Made by a program: the position numbers and the translations under genes. A DNA stretch of 64,000 bases from the NCBI RefSeq assembly GCF_902652985.1, contig NC_047019.1, positions 36,270,001 to 36,334,000 on the forward strand, in the 5' to 3' direction. The notes beneath the pieces were generated by a model. It did not search any database, had not been told where the DNA came from, and saw only the letters and a program-made list of their open reading frames with translations. This DNA comes from Pecten maximus. Lineage: Eukaryota. Below are positions 13,350 through 27,235 of this stretch, one piece after another. Every line of letters begins with the position of its first letter. Position 1 is the stretch's first letter.

Positions 13350-16300
13350 ATTTAACGTACCTGGTGACAGTAACCTCCATTAGTGTACCTTAATTAATTA
13401 AATAGCTGGAGATTTTACATAATAAAGAAAGGATGTTAATGAAGGTCAAAGTATGTGTCACCAGGTTGTCATGGTATAAGTTGTTACATTTAAAACAGGA
13501 TAGATAAGTAAAACAGGTATGTACAGGCAATTAAAAGAGGTGCTATTAATTGACTTTAAATTGAAAAATATGGAGATTATGTTAAATGCTCCAATGTGAA
13601 TTAAGATTATTTTTTAATTTAATTCATGTACAATGTACTTTGATGAGATGAAGGCTATATGAGACATTTAATTTATCATTTAGAAACAGTTCTTAAGTTA
13701 CCAACTGAAATTGATCAAGAGCTTTGTATCCAGGCCTAGGTCCTCCAGTAAGAAAAAACTATCTTCTACACACTGTATTTGATTATAATTACACAGCAAG
13801 ATCCAATCAATTGTCACCTACTTTCATTTTTAAGGACACATTGGTCAAATGTATTTGGTTATTCTATAAAGGTTTCATCTAAATAAGCCGGTAACCCAAA
13901 GTCATGCTACTTGCCCTGGTGATGCTAGTTTAAAGGAACACACATTTGTACAAATTACTTAATTTATTTTAAAGATAAATCCATCATGCCTGTAGAATAA
14001 AAAGGTAATTCCCAATTTTAGATCATGATGATCTTGTAACTTTTCACCTGAAGACATTTTGTCCATATGGAGGTGTGTAGTCCATCCATTAACAGGAAAG
14101 GTCTGGGTCTCTATCTAAATGGCTTGATTCATGGGGAAACCACTGACCACATGCCTAATTTACCAGTCCAATGTCCAGCAGAAATCAGCTAAATGAAACG
14201 GGTTTCACAATAAACCATTGGAGTGGATAAGATCTGACATGGAGGACAGATAACCTCTGATTTAGTAGTATAAATATATTGATATGTCTAATTGCTTGTA
14301 ACTTAAGATATCACTGGACAAGATTTACACCAAGTCTGGGCCAGTTCTAGTACTCTAAACATTGACATAGCTCATACTGTAGGGTTAGATAGGTCTAATT
14401 CTCTGTAGCCATCCAGAGGTTGTTAGAGTTGTTTATCATTTAATTTTATGATATTCTAAAACACTACTGTATTTGTTGATATTTAGTTATATCCACCTAC
14501 AAAGAGATTATACGAATAAGAATTGATGTTGTCCTATGATGAATGGAATGCCCTTTTGGCAGCTTGTCCTTTGACTTTGTTTGCTGATACCATGCTAATA
14601 ATGGAACCCTCATTTCGGGTAACATAACCCTGTGATATTGTCTCTTTCCAATAAAATTCTTCTCAATGTTGTGATACTGAATTGGTTTAGGCAGAAGATT
14701 CTTTCAACAATTTAGGGTTAGCATTCAATTCATTTTAAATATTGACAGAAACCAAAAGGTGTTGGAATCCGAGAAAGGGGTTTGTGATATTATTTGTCAG
14801 ATAACAGAAAGCTTACAGACAATGGTTTGTGAACATTATACCATGGGCTATAATGTTTTTGTACAGGTAGATACAAGTATGATATGTGGCTATCACCAAC
14901 TTGTGTGATACCTGATGATGACAATGCCTAAAGGTCAGTCCAGGTAGATCAATCACAGACTAAATGGTCCTACCCTCTCATTATGTAGGATGTGTGACCT
15001 TGGAAGACCTTTCCCTAATGGGGATAACATTACTTACAATTAATTTAGGTCTCCTGTTGTTATAGCACCTGTGAACGTGGCAACTGAATAAAATACCAGG
15101 GACTGGTTAAATCACACAAAAAAATGTTTTGATGGGAAAAAGTTCCGATGATACACTTTAAAAAGTGTGTGTGTTAGGAGGTGGAGAAGTGGTGAGGATG
15201 GGAAGTGAGGACAAAAACACTCGAAATTAGAACGACGGTTGACAGGTCTACAATGGTGACACTCATAGGAGAGGATAAGAAAAGGGATGAAACTTACAAC
15301 AATGGAAAGGGGCCAAAAGGACAGATTACCATGATCCTTTGACAGAAAACTGTTTCCCTTCAAGAGAACATTCAAGTCTATAGTGAATGCCTTCATTTGA
15401 CATTTCTTGAAAATCAAATTAAATTAAAGATTATATCTATCTGATATGAGTCAATCAATTAAACTCACTTTAATATCTAGAAAAAAAAGTTTTCGATCTT
15501 GTATAAACTATTGAAAGTTATTTCACTTTTCTACAAATAATCCTTGCCTTCCAGACAACAGGTGAGAAGAATTAATTTACCACCAAGGCGTTTACAAGGT
15601 CTCAAGGTGAGGAAAGGTCATCCTTTACAAGGTCTCCAAGGCAAATGTCACCATTTACAAGCCTTAGGAATTCCACCTGTAATCAGTTATTTCTCTAAAG
15701 ATTTGCTACTTTCTTTATGTTTGACCTTGCAAAAGGTCAAGACCATTATTGGTGTGGTCAGATAAACCACAAAGTCCAGTGGTCAGGATATGAAAGGCAT
15801 GTTGTGGTCAGAGTGACTGGACAGAGTAAATACATTATTCAGTTGTCAAGTCTACTGGTCATGTAGAGACCTTCATCCTTTATGTGATACATGTATGGAA
15901 CGTTAATGACAATTCTCCAATGCTACAAGTATTGTCAGCCTATTTTCTCTTGAGAATATTCTATTTCTTCTGAAAAAAATCTGTTTTTACAACATTTATA
16001 TCTCTTAGAGACTGCACGAGCAGATGTGCGAGTATTAAAACTTGAAATCTCTTGGGATTTTAATTAAAAGTTTGTTGTTTAATTAAAACTATATTATTGC
16101 TGTATAGTACTGTGTTTAACAGACTGTGTTAAATAAGGACAGCTGGTGAGAACTGCATGTCTGCCTTAATTTACCTGCTCAAGGTGACTGGTCTAAAAGT
16201 CTTCCAAAAGGTATAAAACAAGCTATCTTACACGTTATCCTTCAGGAAATGTCAGCATGTGATCTGTTACCGTCACCTTAAAATCTGTCCAACATGACAT

Positions 16301-17684
16301 CCTCTGTAATTCTGCTATAACTGGATATGATCTATGAATGTTCTGTACCATTTCATGACCTCCCATTTGGTCAACACACATGTGCTGGTGAAAGCTGTAT
16401 ATTAACTAGAATAAAATCTCTCTGTAATCCTCAAAGGTGTCTTTATATAAGAGGTCATTGTTTGTTGTGGACACTGCTTCATGTTATTTTGAAGAACTCT
16501 AATATTATGATCATTGATCATTTCTTGGTTTGGATATTTCAGCCTGATTAGCCCAACCACTTGAGAATACGATATGATATTAGCTGTTGTCATCATAGTT
16601 ACCACTGGTAACCCAGGGTAACGTGGTTCTATTCTTACTATATTAACCCTTCTATAATAGCATTTGGTAGCCTTTGCCCATTCACCAACAAAACTTAGAG
16701 ATGTTGTATGTGTATTGTAGTATTATCATATCAGATACTGTAGTAAGATAACATGCGTTATAAATGTTACAGTATAACTTTACTGTTGTATAATCTTACA
16801 CAAGAGCTAGTATACGAATATCATATAGGACATATGAAATGATTAACTATGATGTGTTTAAGGGTAGTGGGATATTAATACTCCAATTAATGATCACCCA
16901 ATACCAGCACAATATAATGTGAGTTTAATACTGATGAGGGTGTGAGATAACAGATCTTAAGGAGAACTCTCATAAATGATAGCTGTCAATGCAGTTTCTT
17001 ATCATCAAAATAGATTCATTATAGACAACAATTTTCAGGAAATGAAAAAATCGGTGTACCGACCTGTGTACTGTCTGTAAATCAGATTTTTTGTGTGGGA
17101 CCCGTTTATTGATTTGGGTATCGTATAGCTGAGCCTCCTGATGACCTCCTAAAACCTATTAAATTGTATCTACCATGAAGTATAAATGGTTGTTGTTCAC
17201 AAGACCAGAAAACAGCGACCATGGTTGTAAATTTTAATTCATCTGTTCTAGGTATTGTATATCTACCTAATAGATCAAGGCAATAATACCATGGAGGGAT
17301 GTGAATTTTAATTGAATCATTAAAAGCTCAGAATGAAATTTGAGATAATAAGTGGGTAGAATCTGTAGTGGATTGTCGACCACCCAGGTTTGGTATGTAT
17401 TGATACATGTGATTTTGTCAGATTATGTCATTCTAGGGCGGTGTTGATCATGTAGGAAAGTGATTCTGTTTACATTTGCTCTTTGATATGAGGTTAATAA
17501 ATATACTGCCATGTTGGTTTGATGTGAAAGGTAATCATATTGGCAGGTGTGACAACACCTTATTAAGAACAGGTATATTCCACAGGTGGGGTCAAAAGTG
17601 CAGGTATGAGAGGAACATGTACCTAATTAACAGTGAAACCTTTCTAAAACTGTGAAAAACTGGCAAATACATTCCTGCTGGCCG

Positions 17685-17738
17685 TCCCAACAGGAATCGA
17701 ACCCATGTTTCCCTGGCTCTACCAACAGAGCCAAAGAA
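17685..17738 (-). pseudogene. tRNA-like fragment (pseudo-tRNA or SINE head) lacking the anticodon arm
   Basis: Minus strand tggctctgttggtagagccagggaaacatgggttcgattcctgttgggac has a D-arm/A box (TGGCTCTGTTGGTAGAGC) and a T-arm/B box (GGTTCGATTCC) too close together for a full cloverleaf. Confidence 0.55.
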
Positions 17739-17857
17739 GCATTTATGCTCCGTTACAAGCTGCAATGACCCACACCTTTTACAAAACAAACAGACGATGA
17801 ACAATATGGACAGATTTTTGTGCTACATTTATACAGATATTTATATACAGTAGGTGA

Positions 17858-18058
17858 ATGATCAGGTGGCACAGTGATAAAACAATCAGCTTTAACCTAG
17901 GTGACAATGTTTCATTTCTCCAATTTGACATATAGTAAGGTATGACCAGTTAAGTTTTCTCCAGGTATTCTGGTTTCCTCCAATAGTTAGACCCCTAGCA
18001 CCGTTCCATCTGGGGATATAACTGGTTTCGCAATTGTTGTGAAATAAATGTAAATAAG
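17858..18058 (+). mobile_element. Old diverged tRNA-derived SINE, same family as the 2569-3192 element
   Basis: gtggcacagtgataaaaca...gctttaacctaggtgac head. Core gttttctccaggtattctggtttcctccaatagttagacccct at 17954 matches the reverse complement of about 2872-2918. Confidence 0.7.
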
Positions 18059-18249
18059 TCTATCTTTACCTATAGATTTATACAGGTTTGACATGACAAG
18101 AGAAGGATTCTCAATGAAATAGGTGCCTGCCATTTTAAAATCTGTGCCCTGTATAACTACAGATCAGGTTGACTCCCCATCCATGTACTGTGTGGCTGTT
18201 CCTGCATAATTGGCTAAAAAGAAATTATATATTTTCTGGTCTATCGGCT

Positions 18250-21200
18250 ATGCTGTGTGATTGGTTCCCAGTCCGAGTCTACCAACCACCTGCATGTGTT
18301 CTGTGATTGGTTCCCAGTTCGAGAGTCTACCAACCACCTGTATGTGTTGTGTGAATGGTTCCCAGTCTGAGAGTCTACCAACCACCTGTACGTGTTGTGT
18401 GAATGGTTCCCAGTCTGAGAGTCTACCAACCACCTGTATGTGTTGTGTGAATGGTTTCCAGTCTGAGTCTACCAACCACCTGTATGTGTTGTGTGATTGG
18501 TTCCCAGTTCGAGAGTCTACCAACCACCTGTATGTGTTGTGTGAATGGTTCCCAGTTCGAGAGTCTACCAACCAGGTGTATGTGTTGTGTGAATTGGTTC
18601 CCAGTTCGAGAGTCTACCAACCACCTGTATGTGTTGTGTGATTGGTTCCCAGTCTGAGAGTCTACCAACCACCTGTATGTGTTGTGTGAATGGTTCCCAG
18701 TCGAGAGTCTACCAACCACCTGTATGTGTTGTGTGATTGGTTCCCAGTCTGAGAGTCTACCAACCAGGTGTATGTGTTGTGTGATTGGTTCCCAGTCTGA
18801 GAGTCTACCAACCACCTGTATGTGTTGTGTGAATGGTTCCCAGTCTGAGAGTCTACCAACCACCTGTATGTGTTGTGTGAATGGTTCCCAGTCCGAGAGT
18901 CTACCAACCACCTGTATGTGTTGTGTGAATGGTTCTCAGTCTGAGAGTCTACCAACCAGGTGTATGTGTTGTGTGATTGGTTCCCAGTCTGAGAGTCTAC
19001 CAACCACCTGTATGTGTTGTGTGAATGGTTCCCAGTTCGAGAGTCTACAACTACCTGTATGTGTTGTGTGAATGGTTCCCAGTCTGAGAGTCTACCGACC
19101 ACCTGTATGTGTTCTGTGAATGGTTCCCAGTCTGAGAGTCTACCAACCACCTGTATGTGCTGTGTGAATGGTTCCCAGTCCGAGAGTCTACCAACTACCT
19201 GTATGTGTTGTGTGAATGGTTCCCAGTCTGAGAGTCTACCGACCACCTGTATGTGTTCTGTGAATGGTTCTCAGTCTGAGAGTCTACCAACCACCTGTAT
19301 GTGCTGTGTGAATGGTTCCCAGTCCGAGAGTCTACCAACCACCTGTATGTGTTGTGTGATTGGTTCCCAGTCCGAGTCTACCAACCACCTGTATGTGCTG
19401 TGTGAATGGTTCCCAGTCCGAGAGTCTACCAACCACCTGTATGTGTTGTGTGAATGGTTCCCAGTCCGAGTCTACCAACCACCTGTATGTGCTGTGTGAA
19501 TGGTTCCCAGTCTGAGAGTCTACCAACCACCTGTATGTGCTGTGTGATTGGTTTCCAGTCTGAGTCTACCAACCACCTGTATGTGTTGTGTGAATGGTTC
19601 CCAGTCTGAGAGTCTACCAACCACCTGTATGTGCTGTGTGATTGGTTCCCAGTCGGAGAGTCTACCAACCACCTGTATGTGTTGTGTGAATGGTTCCCAG
19701 TCTGAGAGTCTACCAACCACCTGTATGTGTTGTGTGAATGGTTCCCAGTCGGAGAGTCTACCAACCACCTGTATGTGCTGTGTGATTGGTTCCCAGTCTG
19801 AGTCTACCAACCACCTGTATGTGTTGTGTGAATGGTTCCCAGTCTGAGAGTCTACCAACCACCTGTATGTGTTGTGTGAATGGTTCCCAGTCTGAGTCTA
19901 CCAACCACCTGTATGTGCTGTGTGATTGGTTCCCAGTCTGAGTGTCTACCAAACACCTGTATGTGTTGTGTGAATGGTTCCCAGTCTGAGAGTCAACCAA
20001 CCACCTGTATGTGTTGTGTGAATGGTTCCCAGTCTAGTGTCTACCAACCACCTGTATGTGTTGTGTGAATGGTTCCCAGTCTGAGAGTCTACCAACCACC
20101 TGTATGTGTTGTGTGAATGGTTCCCAGTCTGAGAGTCTACCAACCACCTGTATGTGTTGTGTGATTGGTTCCCAGTCTGAGAGTCTACCAACTACCTGTA
20201 TGTGTTGTGTGAATGGTTCCCAGTCTGAGAGTCTACAAACCACCTGTATTTGTTGTGTGAATGGTTCTCAGTCCGAGAGTCTACCAACCACCTGTATGTG
20301 TTGTGTGAATGGTTCTCAGTCCGAGAGTCTACCAACCACCTGTATGAGTTGTGTGAATGGTTCCCAGTCTGAGAGTCTACCAACCACCTGTATGTGTTGT
20401 GTGAATGGTTCCCAGTCCGAGATTCTACCAACCACCTGTATGTGTTGTGTGAATGGTTCCCAGTCGGAGAGTCAACCAACCACCTGTATGTGCTGTGTGA
20501 ATGGTTCCCAGTCTGAGTCTACCAACCACCTGTATGTGCTGTGTGAATGGTTCCCAGTTTGAGAGTCTACCAACCACCTGTATGTGCTGTGTGATTGGTT
20601 CCCAGTCCGAGAGTCTACCAACCACCTGTATGTGTTGTGTGAATGGTTCCCAGTCCGAGTGTCTACCAACCACCTGTATGTGTTGTGTGAATGGTTCCCA
20701 GTCCGAGTGTCTACCAACCACCTGTATGTGTTGTGTGAATGGTTCCCAGTCTGAGTCTACCAACCACCTGTATGTGTTGTGTGAATGGTTCCCAGTCTGA
20801 GAGCCTACCAACCACCTGTATGTGTTGTGTGAATGGTTCTCAGTCTGAGTCTACCAACCACCTGTATGTGTTGTGTGATTGGTTCCCAGTCTGAGAGTCT
20901 ACCAACCACCTGTATGTGCTGTGTGAATGGTTCCCAGTCTGAGTCTACCAACCACCTGTATGTGCTGTGTGAATGGTTCCCAGTCTGAGAGCCTACCAAC
21001 CACCTGTATGTGTTGTGTGAATGGTTCCCAGTCTGAGAGCCTACCAACCACCTGTATGTGTTGTGTGATTGGTTCCCAGTCGGAGAGTCTACCAACCACC
21101 TGTATGTGCTGTGTGATTGGTTCCCAGTCGGAGAGTCTACCAACCACCTGTATGTGCTGTGTGATTGGTTCCCAGTCGGAGAGTCTACCAACCACCTGTA

Positions 21201-23165
21201 TGTGTTGTGTGAATGGTTCCCAGTCTGAGAGCCTACCAACCACCTGTATGTGTTGTGTGAATGGTTCTCAGTCTGAGTCTACCAACCACCTGTATGTGTT
21301 GTGTGATTGGTTCCCAGTCTGAGAGTCTACCAACCACCTGTATGTGCTGTGTGAATGGTTCCCAGTCTGAGTCTACCAACCACCTGTATGTGCTGTGTGA
21401 ATGGTTCCCAGTCTGAGAGCCTACCAACCACCTGTATGTGTTGTGTGAATGGTTCCCAGTCTGAGAGCCTACCAACCACCTGTATGTGTTGTGTGATTGG
21501 TTCCCAGTCGGAGAGTCTACCAACCACCTGTATGTGCTGTGTGATTGGTTCCCAGTCGGAGAGTCTACCAACCACCTGTATGTGCTGTGTGATTGGTTCC
21601 CAGTCGGAGAGTCTACCAACCACCTGTATGTGTTGTGTGAATGGTTCCCAGTCTGAGAGCCTACCAACCACCTGTATGTGCTGTGTGAATGGTTCCCAGT
21701 CTGAGTCTACCAACCACCTGTATGTGCTGTGTGAATGGTTCCCAGTCTGAGAGTCTACCAACCACCTGTATGTGTTGTGTGAATGGTTCCCAGTCCGAGT
21801 CTACCAACCACCTGTATGTGTTGTGTGATTGGTTCCCAGTCTGAGAGTCAACCAACCACCTGTATGTGTTGTGTGAATGGTTCCCAGTCTGAGAGTCTAC
21901 CAACCACCTGTATGTGTTGTGTGAATGGTTCCCAGTCTGAGAATCTACCAACCACCTGTATGTGTTGTGTGAATGGTTCCCAGTCCGAGAGTCTACCAAC
22001 CACCTGTATGTGTTGTGTGAATGGTTCCCAGTCTGAGAGTCTACCAACCAGGTGTATGTGTTGTGTGAATGGTTCCCAGTCCGAGAGTCTACCAACCACC
22101 TGTATGTGTTGTGTGAATGGTTCCCAGTCTGAGAGTCTACCAACCACCTGTATGTGTTGTGTGAATGGTTCCCAGTCTGAGAGTCTACCAACCACCTGTA
22201 TGTGTTGTGTGAATGGTTCCCAGTCTGAGAGTCTACCAACCACCTGTATGTGTTGTGTGAATGGTTCCCAGTCCGAGAGTCTACCAACCACCTGTATGTG
22301 CTGTGTGAATGGTTCCCAGTCGGAGAGTCTACCAACCACCTGTATGTGTTGTGTGAATGGTTCCCAGTCGGAGTCTACCAACCACCTGTATGTGTTGTGT
22401 GAATGGTTCTCAGTCCGAGAGTCTACCAACCACCTGTATGTGTTGTGTGAATGGTTCCCAGTCCGAGTGTCTACCAACCACCTGTATGTGTTGTGTGAAT
22501 GGTTCTCAGTCCGAGAGTCTACCAACCACCTGTATGTGTTGTGTGAATGGTTCCCAGTCTGAGAGTCTACCAACCACCTGTATGTGTTGTGTGAATGGTT
22601 CCCAGTCTGAGAGTCAACCAACCACCTGTATGTGTTATGTGAATGGTTCCCAGTCCAAGTCTACCAACCACCTGTATGTGTTGTGTGAATGGTTCCCAGT
22701 CCGAGTCTACCAACCACCTGTATGTGTTGTGTGAATGGTTCCCAGTCCGAGTCTACCAACCACCTGTATGTGTTGTGTGAATGGTTCCCAGTCTGAGAGC
22801 CTACCAACCACCTGTATGTGTTGTGTGAATGGTTCCCAGTCTGAGAGCCTACCAACCAGGTGTATGTGCTGTGTGAATGGTTCCCAGTCTGAGAGTCTAC
22901 CAACCACCTGTATGTGTTGTGTGAATGGTTCCCAGTCCGAGTCTACCAACCACCTGTATGTGTCGTGTGAATGGTTCCCAGTCTGAGAGTCTACCAACCA
23001 CCTGTATGTGTTGTGTGAATGGTTCCCAGTCTGAGAGTCTACCAACCACCTGTATGTGTTGTGTGAATGGTTCCCAGTCTGAGAGTCTACAAACCACCTG
23101 TATTTGTTGTGGCAATGGTTTCTTGTCCGAGTGTCTACCAACTACATGTATGTGCTGTGTGAATA
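18250..23165. repeat. 48/46-bp satellite array, about 4.9 kb and about 100 copies
   Basis: Unit tgtatgtgttgtgtgaatggttcccagtctgagagtctaccaaccacc. The 46-bp variant lacks one GA. It explains all overlapping ORFs from 18241 to 23241. Confidence 0.97.
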
Positions 23166-26100
23166 ACTTACCCAGATGTACAATAATTGCATCTTGACCA
23201 CTTGTGTAGGTGTGACCACTTATGAGGGTAGTGGTCAGCAACTAAACCCATATTCGTTCAGATTATCTAACAAGATTATGGTATTTTGACCACTTCATTT
23301 GCCACTGTATTGAATTATCTGACCACAACTATGTCCATAACTGTTAAAAGTTAGCTTTATACCATTGGATGAAACCTATTTAAGTTCAGGGGTATCCAGA
23401 AAAATAGCAAAGGATTTTTGGAGTTCTGTGTATTTCAATTTTCAATGCATTTGCTAAAGGTACATTTTTTTCTGTTTTAAGGCTTTTTTACTTCCAAGTA
23501 ACAGAAAGCTTTTTCAAGATAACTAAACATTTGATTGAACCAGCTATTTCACTGTGAATGGTGCTGCCCCCTACCATGAACCTTGGCTAGTGCTTTAATG
23601 AATATAAGCTAATTATTAGCTTTATTTCATAATCCTAGTCTAGACCTATTCTGTATAGGCGAGAGACACTTAGACAAACTGTTACAATATATTGGCTGTA
23701 TGTACCTGTACATACCTACAATGTCCATTGATTTTCTAACCTTGGGTAAGAGAACAGGTTTCCAGCAGAGAAAATGAACAAGAAATTGGGTAGAGCTCAG
23801 TGGGAGGGAAGGAGAGACAATTTCTTTGGACTTGCCTCATAATATCTTGTGAAAAGTTGCATCATTGTGAATTGGCATGGATTTACAGATATTTTATAAG
23901 TTATGTAATGTGTATACTGGGTAGAGACATCAGAAGGTATAGAATAGTCTTATTGTATTTAGTGTGTAGCGAGACTAATTTTGTCTTTATTTTTAAGTAG
24001 GATATAACCTTGTGGTTTTCTCTCAATCTGGTCTAGTAATTCAAACTGGAAATGTGAAATTTGAAAACGAAATTAAGAAAAAATAAAATATTCATATACC
24101 ATATATTTTATGTAAATTAAAATTAACATACAACAATTCAGTAGAATATCATTGGCAACAAAGTCCAAGTGACATGACAAAATTATCAAAAGTAGCTTTC
24201 CCTTTATGTTTATTTACTAGCTATATAGACAGTTAACATTTTTACTGATCTAGAGGGAATTTTCTTTGAACCAGAGTTAAATATGTTTGAATTTTTACCT
24301 GGGATTTGTGAAATGTAACTTCTTGGCTTGTTTTAGGATTGAGATGTTTATCCTATTTGGTAATGTTATGAGAATTTATTTGAATATATATAATGGTTAT
24401 GTAATAACATATTTGTGTATCATTTTGATCTGATCAGGATCTAAATAATAACTTGTTTTTTGTCTGAAAACTGTCGCATCGCTTGATGACATTTGTACAA
24501 AGAATGGAGTTTGTGATTGAATTCATGTGAGAAAACAGCAACTGTCTTTCATTTAAAAGATTTCCTAGCAGTCTTTGCCTGAAGACTGAAATATAACATA
24601 GTAACATCTGTCAGGTTCAGTGATTAATCTGAAAGGATGAAACAACATATGCTGCGGAGTGTGTAATATTGGTAAAGAATTGGAAAATCTAATGTCAGGC
24701 AAGATTAGGAACAGTTGTCAAAAGGGTTGAGGCAGTAGAGAATTGGTAACAAAATTGATAATGGTCGTATTGGTGTTTTTCGAATTAATCAGGATTCTCT
24801 GAAATTACCTGGATGTTTAGCAAGGTATTGGAGAACAAAGGCTAGAACTGAGGGGCTGGATAACCCAGCTGCGGGACATTAAACCTCTGCCACACTGAGA
24901 TGGCTATCTATTGCTTTCATTACTTTATATTGTTCAATCTGTCATAACTGTTACCTCAGACAATGGTATTTCTGAATTTCTAGTTAACAGTCATTCTAAA
25001 AGGTAATCTTTTTATACTCTTACCCGGTAAAATTTTTTTTTTCATTTGCTGTAGCACACATTATGCACCGTTAAACTTAATGTTAAAATTTACATCAGAG
25101 AATACTGAGTGTTAACTTCTCAAATCTGAAGTACATGTCTTTTAAACATATTTTTACATGATTCGTGTGATGTTTAGGAACTGTTTAAGTCCATGATCCG
25201 CGTGATGTTTCAGAACTGATTAAGTCCTTGCTATAACCATATGACAAAGGATGTGTTGTCCCTGTTCCACAAATTTCCATTTTGTCGGTTAACATATGCA
25301 TCCAATCAAATTCTACCTTCGTGATTTTTCAAATTACTGACCAAACAAGGAAGCTACAGAAGAAAAAAATGTTATTGTCTGTTCGTTTCTAGAATAACCA
25401 AACAACAAACGAACCCACAAAAGGGGATCTCCAAATAAATTTATATGGTAATTTTTGTATAGTTTAAATTTGTAGAATGAGGAGAGATGTCGCAATCTAC
25501 TACCTGAACGACCTTGAGTTTCAAAGAAATCATTAAGAGGTTTATGTGGAGGAGTATCACATGCCTTCAATAACAAGGGATAAGGTGTCTCACGTTGGGG
25601 TTTTATGTTGGGGTTTACGTTTATTTGTTGTGAGCGGGAACTGGGAAGCTCAAGTGCCCTAACACCCAGAAACCTGGCCTTTCCCATTCAGTACAAAACC
25701 GCTCTCAGTAAATGCTAATAGATGGGGACACGAAACTTGGCTAGAAATAAATTCCTCTAGGCTTGAAAAGTATTGAAAAATTCCTTCAAGTATTTGAAAA
25801 TTCAAAGTACAAAATAAAAAGAAAAGCACAGGAGATTTAACTAAGGTTTTTTATTGCATAGTTTAATTTGATTTTTTAACTGGTGTACCTGAAAAAATAG
25901 ATTGTTGGGCACTGTTTTCTGAAGTGCTTTTAGAGCAAACATGTGGGTTAATCTTTATAAATCATATAGGTATTTTAGATCTAAAGCTTCTGTGTGACAT
26001 TGATTTTGATGTGGTTGAGGTGATCTTTTCTTCATGGTGATTCACGTCATCATCGTTATTGAATACAATTTGTTTGATAAGAATCTATTGATAGAATTGA

Positions 26101-27235
26101 GGAATGCTGCCCGATTTTGTTTGTGGACATTTTTTGAAATAAAACAAGTATTCGTAGCTTTTTACTTAAAGTTTCATGTAAGGTTTTGTAATGTATTGGC
26201 ATTTCTTAACTAGGAAATCTACTTTCCCACACAAATAAGAAAAGATGATTTAGTGATTGATGTTACACCCATAGTAATGCTTGTGTTTGTACAAAAAAGT
26301 AAACAGGTCTTCTACATGGTGACAAGGTAACTAAGAACCAGCGGGCTGTGTGGAAAAACTGGATTGGATTAATTCTTATACAGAGAGTGTGTGTTAATTA
26401 AAGATATCTTGGTCCGTCATATCAGTCACTGTTTAAGTGACCAATAATAAGTCTAGTGATCATTTAATCTGATCAGAATCGGATTCACTGCAGGTCCCTG
26501 TTTTGTTTATAGTCCAAATGGACATCTAACAAGTTGTTCAGTCCTTGTGCTGTTACTCAGTATCCCGTCGTAGCTTCAGTATTCTGTATTTATCAGGCAA
26601 CGTCCATGTCTGTTGTAGTTAGAAAAACTTCTTTCATATGTTGTTTTTCATTCTTCTGCATTAATCAAATTCCTTACCTTGAGTTTGTGTATTGGCCTTC
26701 GTCCAATTGTCCAGTCCAAGTGTCCAGGCACCATTTTCATGAACATTCTTTAATTTATGGAAACTCTTAACTTATTCAATAGGGAAATATCATTTGAGTT
26801 ATAGAAATACATTAAATAAGGAAATATTTAAATTCTGTAGTGCTTTCCTATGGAAAATTTCAAGGAATATTTCCACCTACTGCTTACAGGTATGTAGCTA
26901 GGTCCATAACCCCTGTCCAGTCCATGTTTCTCCTGCCAGACTGCAGGTTGGGATACTAGCTACGTACCAGGCATGTCACTAGAATACCACAAAGGTTGGG
27001 TTCTCTCCCATAAAGGAATTTTGATGTTAAATCTAACCTCATTACTTCATTCTTGTTGTTTTGTGGGAACTGTGTTCAAAGGCCGAATTTTACTGCCAAA
27101 GTTTTGTAGTGTATTTTCAAAAACTTCCTTATTTATTTCAACAATGACCACCTGAGGGAGGAGGACTGGATCTATATATAAGGAATATTTTAGTAGACAG
27201 TATGAACCAATCAAAAGAATGAAAAAAAAAGCTTC

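Noticed and set aside
18241-23241. Many overlapping Cys-rich and Trp/His-rich ORFs (metallothionein- or keratin-like appearance)
   Set aside because: They are translations of a 48/46-bp satellite, open in several frames on both strands and repeatedly frameshifted by 2-bp indels.
25330-25800. Segment with a 117-aa minus-strand ORF; possible NUMT or LINE fragment
   Set aside because: No recognisable mitochondrial gene or RT/endonuclease motif in the frames read by eye. BLASTX/BLASTN would be needed.
26530-26770. Minus-strand peptide KQHMKEVFLTTTDM, reminiscent of a GNAT acetyltransferase strand
   Set aside because: Too short, bounded by stops, and no acetyl-CoA binding motif nearby.
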